Of a DNA stretch of 64,000 bases, positions 17,516 to 26,415 are shown piece by piece. Source of the DNA: a virus; IMG/VR virus record IMGVR_UViG_3300012000_000002, positions 32,001 through 96,000 of that record; one strand, 5' to 3'. Both the position numbers and the translations under genes were made by a program. The notes under the pieces were generated by a model. It did no database searches. It was not told the DNA's origin and worked only from the letters and a program-made list of their open reading frames with translations. Within the stretch, counting starts at the first letter, position 1, and each line of letters begins with the position of its first letter.

Positions 17516-17841
17516 TTTTTATCGTTCTTTTCTGCGGTGGCCGTTTCAGCTTCTTCTTCGGGTTCATGATATGAAGAAGGTTCCGACGCACCAATGTTGT
17601 TTAGTAGTTCTTCATGTGCCAAACTCAAATAAGCAACGTGTTGCTTGATATCTTTTAACAAAGATCGATCTATGATTTGAGCTTTTTGTATGCCTGCTAT
17701 ACTACTTTCTATCACTTTAAGACGATCCAGTAAAGCTTTATTTTCAAATTCTTTCAATCTAGCGAACAATTCTTCGATGTTGATATCTTCTCCCGATAGG
17801 ATTTTTGGTGTTTCATCAACCTTTTTTTTCTTGTTCGCCAT
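17506..17841 (-). CDS. Hypothetical coiled-coil protein
   Basis: 111-aa ORF in a tight operon, AAGGA SD. Confidence 0.6.
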   Translation of the reverse strand: MANKKKKVDETPKILSGEDINIEELFARLKEFENKALLDRLKVIESSIAGIQKAQIIDRSLLKDIKQHVAYLSLAHEELLNNIGASEPSSYHEPEEEAETATAEKNDKKWN

Positions 17842-17845
17842 AATG

Positions 17846-18136
17846 TTATTCCTTACTGTTTTTCAATGGATCTTTTTCGTTCAAAGCAGCGTAAATTGCT
17901 TTAGGGTTTGTAAAAATCAATTGACGCTTCTTGTTTGCAAACTTTTCTTTTTTTGCTGATTCTAAAATGCTTTTGATTCTTGGATCTTTGTTTTCCATCA
18001 TCACAATGATTTGAGAAAACAACTCTTGAAGCGAAACGCCGTTTTCAAATAACATTTTGCGACAAGCAATCAAAGATGCCTTGGGCAAAGCCAACCAAAG
18101 CCCTATTCTTGTTCGTTCCTCAAATTCTGATATCAA
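17846..18136 (-). CDS. Hypothetical protein
   Basis: 96-aa ORF in the operon. Confidence 0.6.
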   Translation of the reverse strand: MISEFEERTRIGLWLALPKASLIACRKMLFENGVSLQELFSQIIVMMENKDPRIKSILESAKKEKFANKKRQLIFTNPKAIYAALNEKDPLKNSKE

Positions 18137-18141
18137 ACGTT

Positions 18142-18867
18142 TTATCCTCCCCCTCCTCCACCCGGAGCCCCACCACCATTATCAGGTCCAGAGTTTCCTG
18201 CCCTTGGTGCTGGTGGATATTCAGCTTGAACTTCGGATTGTGTTTTTGGTGTAAGATCGAAATCACGTTCCAAAATACTCATGAGTTCTTTAGCCAATCG
18301 TGGTGAATAGTTTTTTGCAATGTAATACATCGCTCTATTTAATATAATCGTTTTTGGATCGATTAATGTTTGATAATTGTTAACAAGTCTTGCTATACCT
18401 TCGGCAAACTTACGAATGTTGATTTTTGGTACAGGAGCAACAGGAGCTTCAGCACCGGGTTCCGGTGTTTCTCCCCCGCCCCCGCCACCAGAATCGTCTC
18501 CACCGGTATCCCCACCAGTATCTCCACCAGCAGGATCATCTTGTTCGAACAACCAACGATAAAGAGACGAACGTTTTCTATAACGTTCCGCTAAAGGAAC
18601 AGGTTGTTCTGCGGCTTGTTGTCTTGCTTCTGGGCCAAGTTTATCTTCGTCGCTTGCATCCAAAGGTACAGCTTCTTTTTCATATTGAAGAAGATAACTG
18701 TCAATCTTTTGATCAACAGACGCATCTTTTTCTGTCATTGAATCAGATGAATCTGGAGTTGTTAATAGTCTTTCTTGTGGAGGAACGTATGGTGGACCCT
18801 TGCTTTCCTCATCTTGTTCACGAACAAGTTTAAACTCGTTTAATCTTTGACGTTTGGAATAAAGCAT
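18142..18867 (-). CDS. Hypothetical Gly/Pro-rich protein
   Basis: 241 aa with GGDTGGDTGG/poly-G linkers; TGATG coupling to the SOD gene. Confidence 0.65.
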   Translation of the reverse strand: MLYSKRQRLNEFKLVREQDEESKGPPYVPPQERLLTTPDSSDSMTEKDASVDQKIDSYLLQYEKEAVPLDASDEDKLGPEARQQAAEQPVPLAERYRKRSSLYRWLFEQDDPAGGDTGGDTGGDDSGGGGGGETPEPGAEAPVAPVPKINIRKFAEGIARLVNNYQTLIDPKTIILNRAMYYIAKNYSPRLAKELMSILERDFDLTPKTQSEVQAEYPPAPRAGNSGPDNGGGAPGGGGGG

Positions 18868-19709
18868 CAGCGACCTCCAAGAACTTCAACAGGTGGCATT
18901 GCTTCTGGTAAAGCAACTCCACGTTCTTTATCGTTTGATATAATAGGTTGAATTGCGTAAATCTGATTAAGCTTTGCCATTTCTGCCGCAAGCATTCTCA
19001 TCTCAACCACATTCCAGTTAATCTCACGCATTGACTTGTTAAGATATTCCATCTTCTCACCGGGATAATCATAGAACCAAGCATGATGCCATGTGTCCAC
19101 AACAAGAACAGGAATGCACATAAGAGGAAGATTGATTGTGTGACCTTCGATAAAACAGTTAAAATATTGTTGTTTAAAAGGATCAAAGTAACAGATTGCC
19201 CAACCTTCTCTCGCTGACATACCGCAAGCACGGAAGTCTAATTGCCAAGCATCAAAGGTTCCCCAATCTCTTGACAGTCGCATAAATGGTGTGCTATCAG
19301 CACGAATCTCTGAATTAACATCTCCAGAGTTGGTGAAGTATAACTCATGCAACTTAACACCATTCATGTTATGAACTTCATCTTGTTTTAATCTGCGAAA
19401 CTCTGAGTTGTTATTGTTGTCAGCATCTGCTCTTGGAACCGTATCAAGCTTGCTGGATATCTTGTTGAAGCTATCGACATAGTTCTTGTAAAGCTTTTCA
19501 TGGTTTTCTTTTGTGGTTGGAGATTGTACTTCACCTTTCATTGAAAAGGTGCGTGGCATGATTATAACAGCTTCTTGTAAAATCTTTTTACCAGCCGCAA
19601 CAACTTGTTTAAACGCAGGCTTTTCCAATACACCACTGTTCGATAACACATTACCAACAGCTTCTTGAATAACTTTTTGCAAACGTTCTTTGTCAATCAT
19701 TTTTGTCAT
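18867..19709 (-). CDS. sod: Fe/Mn superoxide dismutase-like protein with a ~50-aa N-terminal extension
   Basis: Ligand motifs NHEKLYKNYV, LHELYF, VVDTWHHAW; WGTFDAWQ..F; EGWA; INWNVV. Confidence 0.85.
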   Translation of the reverse strand: MTKMIDKERLQKVIQEAVGNVLSNSGVLEKPAFKQVVAAGKKILQEAVIIMPRTFSMKGEVQSPTTKENHEKLYKNYVDSFNKISSKLDTVPRADADNNNNSEFRRLKQDEVHNMNGVKLHELYFTNSGDVNSEIRADSTPFMRLSRDWGTFDAWQLDFRACGMSAREGWAICYFDPFKQQYFNCFIEGHTINLPLMCIPVLVVDTWHHAWFYDYPGEKMEYLNKSMREINWNVVEMRMLAAEMAKLNQIYAIQPIISNDKERGVALPEAMPPVEVLGGR

Positions 19710-19740
19710 GTGATTATACCTTTGCTCATAAGTATAGAAC

Positions 19741-19965
19741 TTATGGGGTTATCTTATATTCCATTCGATCTTCTTGCGGAAACGTTGAATCCCAATCATC
19801 TTCCGGTGAATCTATATCTAAATCCATCGTGTCAACGATATTCAAAAACCCTGCATCTTCAGCATCTACACCTGTTCTAGAAACTCTTCTTGGATCGTTT
19901 CCTAATGTTGGTATAGCACTTTGAGCCGATGGTCCCGTTTCAAATAACACATCAAATAACTTCAT
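19741..19965 (-). CDS. Small acidic hypothetical protein (leaderless candidate)
   Basis: TATTTA 5 nt before the ATG; MKLFDVLFE start. Confidence 0.6.
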   Translation of the reverse strand: MKLFDVLFETGPSAQSAIPTLGNDPRRVSRTGVDAEDAGFLNIVDTMDLDIDSPEDDWDSTFPQEDRMEYKITP

Positions 19966-20059
19966 ATTCTTAAATATGATTACTTCCTTCTATTGGTTAT
20001 GTTCCACAACCATACATAATCCTTTTAACATCTTCATAACAAAAAGCCATCATAATACC

Positions 20060-20323
20060 ATGAGCAAAGTTAAAGTATCACCAAACTATTGGCACAAAAT
20101 CATTGAGTATTATCACAACGTTTTAAACGAAACGTTTTTAAACCAGCCTTTGACTCCTGTAACACAACACTACATGAAACAAAAGTTCGAAGCCGCTGTT
20201 AATGCCGCCAAAAGAAGGGAAACACATCCTGCTTGGCATATCCCGTTAACCTTAAGCTTTGATCTTCCAAGACATCAAGTTATCATTGAAGCTTCTGATC
20301 CGTCATCCATCGATTTCATCTAG
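20060..20323 (+). CDS. Hypothetical protein
   Basis: ORF in the + strand accessory block; start uncertain. Confidence 0.5.
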   Translation: MSKVKVSPNYWHKIIEYYHNVLNETFLNQPLTPVTQHYMKQKFEAAVNAAKRRETHPAWHIPLTLSFDLPRHQVIIEASDPSSIDFI

Positions 20324-20333
20324 CATTTTAACC

Positions 20334-20375
20334 AAGAAAAATAATCTTTAGAATATCGAAACAATATGGTATTCT
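20334..20375 (+). promoter_or_regulatory. Early-type promoter (TTTAGA class)
   Basis: A-rich UP element, TTTAGA (20347-20352)-17-TATTCT with TGn; a 20-bp identical copy lies at 21107. Confidence 0.65.
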
Positions 20376-20398
20376 GTTTAGAGACAGGAAACCAAACG

Positions 20399-20713
20399 AT
20401 GCAATACAAAAACAACGGGCAGGATATCATGAACAAGTGGATTGGTTGGGTGACCGATTCACAAGGTTATATGGTGTTCTTTGTTCCTCCTACCACTCAA
20501 CCTTGGGCAAAACGCAAGGTGCATGGTTTCTTCACGGAAAACCACAAAGAAGCTACATATATCAACGTTGGTTATGCTCTTCGCACGGTATTGCATTCTC
20601 GCAATATTGATGATGATTGGTTTCGTAAGCTTCTAGCTGGCGATAAGCAAAAGCTTCAAGAGCTTTTGGAAATGGGCTTGAATATGGGGATCGTCGGGCA
20701 AACTCCAATCTGA
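20399..20713 (+). CDS. Hypothetical protein
   Basis: ATG at 20399 after an AGGA SD. Confidence 0.6.
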   Translation: MQYKNNGQDIMNKWIGWVTDSQGYMVFFVPPTTQPWAKRKVHGFFTENHKEATYINVGYALRTVLHSRNIDDDWFRKLLAGDKQKLQELLEMGLNMGIVGQTPI

Positions 20714-20723
20714 AAGCAAAATC

Positions 20724-20843
20724 ATGTTTGATTTAATTGACAAGCTTTTTTCCGTTTACCTTGCGTGGCTTTGGTTTAAAGTTATTGCGATTCTTGTGGG
20801 AATTGCTGGTTTGTTTTTGTTTGCTGCTTGGCTATCAAGCTAA
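20724..20843 (+). CDS. 39-aa membrane peptide
   Basis: MFDLIDKLFSVYLAWLWFKVIAILVGIAGLFLFAAWLSS*; fills the gap between two ORFs; below the ORF-track cutoff. Confidence 0.5.
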   Translation: MFDLIDKLFSVYLAWLWFKVIAILVGIAGLFLFAAWLSS

Positions 20844-20849
20844 ACACAT

Positions 20850-21071
20850 ATGAATATCGAAAAAGTGCTTGCTGTATATCGTCAAGAAAACGGCAACGCA
20901 GGAAACAATATTTCTCACGTTAGAGATTTAATCATTGATTTGTTGCATTACGTTGATGCGACCAATCAAGGTATAAGCAGCTACGAACTCTTGGAAATCG
21001 TACAAGATATGTTTACAGAAGAAAAAGTAGAATATTCCGAAAATGCGTCGGAAAATCAATGTGTGGAGTAA
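20850..21071 (+). CDS. Hypothetical protein
   Basis: 73-aa ORF. Confidence 0.6.
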   Translation: MNIEKVLAVYRQENGNAGNNISHVRDLIIDLLHYVDATNQGISSYELLEIVQDMFTEEKVEYSENASENQCVE

Positions 21072-21106
21072 ACAAAGAAACCCCCAAATTTCCAGCAAAA
21101 AATAAA

Positions 21107-21148
21107 AAGAAAAATAATCTTTAGAAAATCGTCAACGTCTGATATTCT
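21107..21148 (+). promoter_or_regulatory. Early-type promoter (TTTAGA class), leaderless arrangement
   Basis: TTTAGA (21120-21125)-17-TGaTATTCT, 6 nt before the ATG at 21155. Confidence 0.65.
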
Positions 21149-21154
21149 AAGACC

Positions 21155-21523
21155 ATGAAGAACGAAGCAAGCAACGGTTACTGGAACAACACGCATCCTC
21201 GGGCTTTCGAGAATATGATCGTGCTGGTTAAGCCATACGCACATTATGTTTCGTGTCCCTTGTGTAAGGGTCATGGTGCTTGGCATCTTGCCCACTATCC
21301 TCACACTCGTAACGGAGTTTATGCGTACTTTGACGCTAGTTGCTCGCAATGCAACGGATGGGGATACATCGATCCTAACAGCATGGATGCGAAGTGTATG
21401 CACTCGTGGCGAGAGCTTTCCAGCGATGACGCTCGAAAGCGTGGGCTGCGTACCGCTAGGTGGTGGCATAACTTTGCTTGCAAGCACTGTAACACGGTTA
21501 TGGCTACCGATTCTTCCGATTGA
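21155..21523 (+). CDS. Zn-finger protein with DnaJ-type CxxCxGxG repeats
   Basis: CPLCKGHG, CSQCNGWG, plus C..H and CKHC. Confidence 0.7.
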   Translation: MKNEASNGYWNNTHPRAFENMIVLVKPYAHYVSCPLCKGHGAWHLAHYPHTRNGVYAYFDASCSQCNGWGYIDPNSMDAKCMHSWRELSSDDARKRGLRTARWWHNFACKHCNTVMATDSSD

Positions 21524-21525
21524 AT

Positions 21526-21560
21526 ATTGCTTTAGAAAAGCAATATCGATATGCTAGAGT
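21526..21560 (+). promoter_or_regulatory. Early-type promoter with an inverted repeat over -35
   Basis: TTTAGA-18-TGcTAGAGT (alternatively TTGCTT-17-TATGCT), 6 nt to the ATG; ATTGCTTT-3-AAAGCAAT palindrome. Confidence 0.5.
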
Positions 21561-21566
21561 AAGAAC

Positions 21567-21830
21567 ATGGCAAAGGTGATTAGACATAGGATTCCAAAGG
21601 TTCCCGACACCGATCTTGGCACAATTACGTTCAAGAACGATTATGAATGTATCGTGTTCGGAACCAAGTTTAATGCCGGTCAAACGGTTAAGGTTGGCAA
21701 GTCAATGCTTACTCCGTTTGGTGAGGCATACTACAAGGTGATGAATACAAAGGTTTGGGTAACTGCCAAAGAAGTTACTGATATCAACGTAAACATGGGC
21801 CAGCGTCGAACGTATCGTTCGGTGCTATAA
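21567..21830 (+). CDS. Hypothetical protein (SH3-like size)
   Basis: 87-aa ORF with strong codon bias. Confidence 0.65.
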   Translation: MAKVIRHRIPKVPDTDLGTITFKNDYECIVFGTKFNAGQTVKVGKSMLTPFGEAYYKVMNTKVWVTAKEVTDINVNMGQRRTYRSVL

Positions 21831-21889
21831 CAATCAACCACTAACAATAAACCGTTTTCAACAACAAAGTTTTCAAAGGTAGGTACATC

Positions 21890-22570
21890 ATGGATAAGCA
21901 CATTCTTCACTCGGTTCTGGAGACTCTCTCCGCTGGTATGACTGCTACTATTAACTTCAACGAGCCTTTCACCGATCTTTCTGGTGATTACACGATTCTT
22001 GCGTCCAAGGTTGGTCGTGGTCGTGGTGGTTCTCGTGTTATCGAGATTGCGCCGGTAAGCAATCCTGACGATGCGTTTGGTGCGCTGGAGATTGACGGGG
22101 TTGAAAAGGCTCTGGGTACTGGTACGTCTCAATACATTGCAACGATGATTATTGATGGCAAGACCTTCGGTATGGAAGATCCGATTGAGGCGTCTCGTAA
22201 GACGGGTGTTCGTCGCCCTCGTAATGCTGGCACCGATGGGCAGTCTGCTGCTCCAGTAACCGCTCGTCAGCGTGAAGCTAGCAAGCGTGCTCGGGTAAGC
22301 AGCGATATCGCTCAAGGTCAGCGAGTTGCCAAGGCTCTTGGCGATATTCTCACCGAGAATGCTGCAACGAATTTCAAGCTTGTTGCCAAGGATCGTACTT
22401 CTCCGATGAATGGTGAATGGAAGGTTGTATCGTTTGAGTATACTGATTCAAACCTGATGATGCATCTTGTTGATCTTGACAATCCGGGGCGAACGTTTGA
22501 GTTTGATTCAATCGTTCACGGTGTTGATGTTCGTGATGTTCAAGTGATTGGAATTGAATCGGCTAGCTGA
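21890..22570 (+). CDS. Hypothetical protein with an apparent tandem domain and basic linker
   Basis: AGGT SD; strong RNY codon bias; two similar halves. Confidence 0.75.
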   Translation: MDKHILHSVLETLSAGMTATINFNEPFTDLSGDYTILASKVGRGRGGSRVIEIAPVSNPDDAFGALEIDGVEKALGTGTSQYIATMIIDGKTFGMEDPIEASRKTGVRRPRNAGTDGQSAAPVTARQREASKRARVSSDIAQGQRVAKALGDILTENAATNFKLVAKDRTSPMNGEWKVVSFEYTDSNLMMHLVDLDNPGRTFEFDSIVHGVDVRDVQVIGIESAS

Positions 22571-23230
22571 TTAATCCAACATCCCCTTAAGCAAAGTTTT
22601 CATACGTTGCTTTAACGCTAGCTTCTCAGGGGTCAATTCAACAACATTAACGGGCTCCGGTATCTTAACTGATATCGGAGCTTCTTGTTTTTGTGGTGTT
22701 GCAAACAAAGCTTGTTTTACAAATTCTTCATCTAAAGCTTTTGCAATTTCTTCTAGCTTGGTTTTCTTTTGTTCGGCTATGGTTATAGGAGCTATAACAG
22801 CCAACACATCTTCAATATCATCGTCTGCCTTAGAATCGTCATTTAAAGACTGTTCTAAGGCTTCTGAATCATTAACGTCCTCTTCTTCATCTTCCAAGTT
22901 TTCGGGCTCTGTTAAGCCTTCTAAATCGATTGTGCAACGAGAAATGACGGGAGTAAGAAGTTGGTCTTCCAAAGCAAGTTCAGCCTTTAGAATATAAGTT
23001 TTCGAAGGGTTAAAAATGCAAAGTTGTTCTGGGAGATTGAATGATATTTCTTTGTTTGTTTTTAACTCAGCAGGAAGCACTATACCAAAATCGTGTTCAT
23101 CTTGAATTATTACACGGCAAGTATATACAGCATCATCTAAAAGCGAAGACAAGCTTTCATGAAAAGCTTCTTCCACAGATAACAAAGTTAAATTGTTTGG
23201 TTTGATTGATAAAACAGAAAGCTCTTCCAT
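22571..23230 (-). CDS. Hypothetical acidic protein
   Basis: 219-aa ORF. Confidence 0.65.
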   Translation of the reverse strand: MEELSVLSIKPNNLTLLSVEEAFHESLSSLLDDAVYTCRVIIQDEHDFGIVLPAELKTNKEISFNLPEQLCIFNPSKTYILKAELALEDQLLTPVISRCTIDLEGLTEPENLEDEEEDVNDSEALEQSLNDDSKADDDIEDVLAVIAPITIAEQKKTKLEEIAKALDEEFVKQALFATPQKQEAPISVKIPEPVNVVELTPEKLALKQRMKTLLKGMLD

Positions 23231-23231
23231 A

Positions 23232-24026
23232 TTAGCCTTTTAAGATTCCACGGCCATTGTGATTTGGATAATAGTTTTGTTGTGGATGTTGGCGGGCGTC
23301 GGTAATCATTTGTCTACCATTGCCATATGGACCGGGAGCAACAACAGCTTCCCGTGGTACAAGCAACGGTCCAAGAGAAGCCATTGGTGGTGCATGTACT
23401 TCAACCAATGAAGAAAGTAAATGTGGATTACGTTGAATCTCATTAATGTTAACTTGCGTTTGATGTTGAGGAACAACATAAGCTTGGATTAATCCCTTCA
23501 TAAGAAAGGGTTGATTAGCTAATTGGTTGTTAACAACTCCAACTTCTCTTGCAAGAATAAATGCATTTCCAAAAGCTTGTTGAATTGCACGATACACTGG
23601 ATATCCTTCACGCAAAACAACTTGTTGAGGATTTTGTTGTGGTTGTTGATGATGACCGGGAAGAGGTTGTTGTGGTGCAGCTTGTCTTCCTTTGTTGAAG
23701 ATCATATCTAAGTCTGCTTCACCCACAGGATTCACTCCACCAGTTTGTTGAAGTAGTTGTTGTTGACGAGCAAAGGCTTCCATATCAACGTTGGTTTTTA
23801 CTTCTTTTTCTAGGGGGATAGGGCCATAATGAGGTTGTTGCGCTCGTTTAGCAACAAGATCACGAATATAAGGATCATGAATTTCAGCTTCTTTTGCCGA
23901 TTGATCTTTATAAGTTACACGTTGGTCTAATGGATTGGTATTGCGTTGATTGTGACGTTGTTGAGCACGCATACGCATTTGTGCGTCAAACCAAGCTTGG
24001 CTACCGTCATCGTACTTGTTGGACAT
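23232..24026 (-). CDS. Gln/Pro-rich hypothetical protein
   Basis: 264 aa, GGAG SD. Confidence 0.65.
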   Translation of the reverse strand: MSNKYDDGSQAWFDAQMRMRAQQRHNQRNTNPLDQRVTYKDQSAKEAEIHDPYIRDLVAKRAQQPHYGPIPLEKEVKTNVDMEAFARQQQLLQQTGGVNPVGEADLDMIFNKGRQAAPQQPLPGHHQQPQQNPQQVVLREGYPVYRAIQQAFGNAFILAREVGVVNNQLANQPFLMKGLIQAYVVPQHQTQVNINEIQRNPHLLSSLVEVHAPPMASLGPLLVPREAVVAPGPYGNGRQMITDARQHPQQNYYPNHNGRGILKG

Positions 24027-24061
24027 TTATATTCTCCAACCAAAGAGGATAAGAGATTATA

Positions 24062-24358
24062 TCAAACTTTTACAAAACCTCGACGCACAAGAAGACGTTC
24101 AAGTAGCACTTCATCAGATGTGGATACATCAAATTGTAGATGTGCATAGCTGCTATCGATATCTTCTTTGATAACCTTTGCATGTGGCAAGGTTGAGCGA
24201 AGTTCTTGTTGAACAGATATAAACTCACGACGAATGTCTTCACGTTTGCAAAATTTTGGATATTGTTTCACAAACATATTGCTTTGACCTTTGCCGCTAA
24301 TAGCAGGTTGTTCTGAACGTTCGTGGAACTCGCTTTGTAATGGAACTGCGTATCTCAT
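24062..24358 (-). CDS. Hypothetical protein
   Basis: 98 aa, AGGAG SD with an adjacent ATCGACTA/TAGTCGAT hairpin. Confidence 0.6.
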   Translation of the reverse strand: MRYAVPLQSEFHERSEQPAISGKGQSNMFVKQYPKFCKREDIRREFISVQQELRSTLPHAKVIKEDIDSSYAHLQFDVSTSDEVLLERLLVRRGFVKV

Positions 24359-24401
24359 TGTTTAACTCCTATCGACTAACCTAGTCGATTGATGATTCTC
24401 C

Positions 24402-24914
24402 TCACTCATAAAGAGTATCATCAGTATCTTCTTCTAAATAGCTTTCCGATTTAACTTTTGCTTTTTTTGTGTTGGCCACAAATTGTTTGCGGCCACCTTT
24501 TGATTTGCTTTTCTTTTTCTTTGCTGTAGCAGCTCGTTCTTTTTTAGACAGGGAATAAGCCTTAGAAGCAGGAAGACAACGATCTGGATTGCTGGTATCT
24601 TTACTTGAACCGCATTCACCTTTCACTTCTCCAGAAGAGCTTATGCGTTTCCATTTTTCCTTAAACCAATCACGTAAGTCTTCCATAATGATTTCTTTAA
24701 GAGCTTCATTTAACTCTAAAGATTCATTAGCTTTCTTTTTTTTCTTTCTCCAACCGCCACCTTTGCTTTTATACCATTTAGAAGCCCACGCATTAGCATA
24801 AGCACTGGGGTATTTAGTGAATTTACTTCTGGCAGCAGCTTTTGCTCTTGACCATAGCTCGGGATTTGTTGGTGCATTCTCGCCTTCAAAAAGAATATCG
24901 TCGTCGTCTTCCAT
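24402..24914 (-). CDS. Basic two-module phage protein (leaderless candidate)
   Basis: PTNPELWSRAK...KYPSAYAN.W..K.YK..GG.W and LRDWFKEKW..I...CG...RCLP; TACTTA 6 nt before the ATG. Confidence 0.7.
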   Translation of the reverse strand: MEDDDDILFEGENAPTNPELWSRAKAAARSKFTKYPSAYANAWASKWYKSKGGGWRKKKKKANESLELNEALKEIIMEDLRDWFKEKWKRISSSGEVKGECGSSKDTSNPDRCLPASKAYSLSKKERAATAKKKKSKSKGGRKQFVANTKKAKVKSESYLEEDTDDTLYE

Positions 24915-24993
24915 ATTGCTTAAGTATAGAAGCTAACGCTTTATTGATATTGTTGCAAAAAATAACATACCCAACAATATCAAAACCACAAAA

Positions 24994-25362
24994 TCAAGAT
25001 ATATTGGTATTAACTCTTTCAAAAGAAGCATATCCATCATCTAACACATAAAGTATTTGATCTTCAACCAACAACTTAAAATATACAGCTTGTTCAATAA
25101 TTGGTTGCAATTTAAAATGCATTATGCTGGTAACGAATTGTTCTAAATAAACAACCAATGTACCGTTAACAATGGTTACACCAGCGTCTTCAACATCATG
25201 ATATGGATCTTTTGTTGCAAAAACAAAAGTGCTAAAAGGTGCAATAACAGCATCTTCTTCATATCTTAAAGAAGAGTAAATTATATAAAGTTTTCCACGT
25301 TCAAGCTCTTTCATGTTAACTTGTAAAATAGCTTTGTAATGATTTATGCTTAAGCATAACAA
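24994..25362 (-). CDS. Hypothetical protein (start uncertain)
   Basis: ORF; likely start at MKELERG. Confidence 0.5.
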   Translation of the reverse strand: MLCLSINHYKAILQVNMKELERGKLYIIYSSLRYEEDAVIAPFSTFVFATKDPYHDVEDAGVTIVNGTLVVYLEQFVTSIMHFKLQPIIEQAVYFKLLVEDQILYVLDDGYASFERVNTNIS

Positions 25363-25372
25363 GGATAACTAT

Positions 25373-25738
25373 ATGACAACAAACAACCAAAACAATTCTG
25401 AAGAACAACAAGCTGCAAAAAGCTTTGTAAGTTTTTTCTATAACTTGATAGCTTTTGCTGGTGCTGGACTTATTGTTAAGCTAGCTTGGAATTTGGGCAT
25501 AGCTTCTTTGTTTCCCGGCAAGATACCGGTAATCAATTATATTCATGCTATGACATGGCTTACCATGCTTTATATCGCAGCAAGAACTATTGCGGCTGGA
25601 TTTATGTCTGAGGTAGAAAAAACTGTTTCAAACCTTGTTGATCAATTCGAAGGTTTTATAAAAACAGCTCAAGAATATTTCGATGTTGCTAGCTCAAAAA
25701 CTGCTGGCGATAACAACGATCATTCCAACTTGAATTAG
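25373..25738 (+). CDS. Membrane protein
   Basis: Two hydrophobic segments; AAGGA SD; TTGTAA-18-TATGCT upstream. Confidence 0.6.
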   Translation: MTTNNQNNSEEQQAAKSFVSFFYNLIAFAGAGLIVKLAWNLGIASLFPGKIPVINYIHAMTWLTMLYIAARTIAAGFMSEVEKTVSNLVDQFEGFIKTAQEYFDVASSKTAGDNNDHSNLN

Positions 25739-26043
25739 CCGATAAGATAACGTAGGCGTAGAATGTTTCCAATGCCATTACGTGTTTCTCTTAAATAACC
25801 AACAAGACTTAAAATCACACGGCGACGTTCTGTTGCTGCCGTGTTATGAAAATAGTTTTCACGAAGAAGTGTTTCACCTTCTTCTGCAAGTTCATCAGCA
25901 CTAGCAAAAGTTTCATTCAAAAACTTTTCTACCTTTTTGTTGTATTCGGATAATCCACCTTCTCCACCAGAAAGAAGGATGGAATCAACATCTAGTGCTT
26001 CTTTGATTGCAGCTTTAAGTTGGTTGCGAAGTTTATTGTTCAT
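25735..26043 (-). CDS. Hypothetical protein with an LKAAIKEA leader
   Basis: TACTTA at 26062-26067 upstream. Confidence 0.6.
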   Translation of the reverse strand: MNNKLRNQLKAAIKEALDVDSILLSGGEGGLSEYNKKVEKFLNETFASADELAEEGETLLRENYFHNTAATERRRVILSLVGYLRETRNGIGNILRLRYLIG

Positions 26044-26088
26044 AGCCAATACCTTTTGTGATAAGTAGTGGCATATATCGATTTTAAA

Positions 26089-26415
26089 CTATTTTCGCAA
26101 CACTAGCGGATTGTCTTTGGGATGAATCTTCCAATATTGTTCTTCTAATGGAGGTGGTTCTCCCTTGCGAAAGAACATTAATTGGCGGCCATTTGCTTTG
26201 GTGCTGGGATACACACCTATGATAACAATGTCGCCGGTATGAACAAGGCTATGACAAATAGCACAAAGGACAGCCAAGTTGTTCAAGTTATTTGAACAAC
26301 GAGAATCTGCCCTTGGGATTATATGATGAATATGAAGAGCGTCGGGATTGTTGTAACTGCAAACTTCGCAAGAAACCTTTTTCAAGGTTTCACCTGTGCG
26401 CTTCTTACGTTGCAT
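26089..26415 (-). CDS. HNH endonuclease
   Basis: CEVC...HIHHIIP...NNLNNLAVLCAICHSLVH. Confidence 0.85.
   Translation of the reverse strand: MQRKKRTGETLKKVSCEVCSYNNPDALHIHHIIPRADSRCSNNLNNLAVLCAICHSLVHTGDIVIIGVYPSTKANGRQLMFFRKGEPPPLEEQYWKIHPKDNPLVLRK

Noticed and set aside
21731-22315. 194-aa antisense ORF
   Set aside because: Mirror of the codon-biased + strand gene 21890-22570; no SD or promoter
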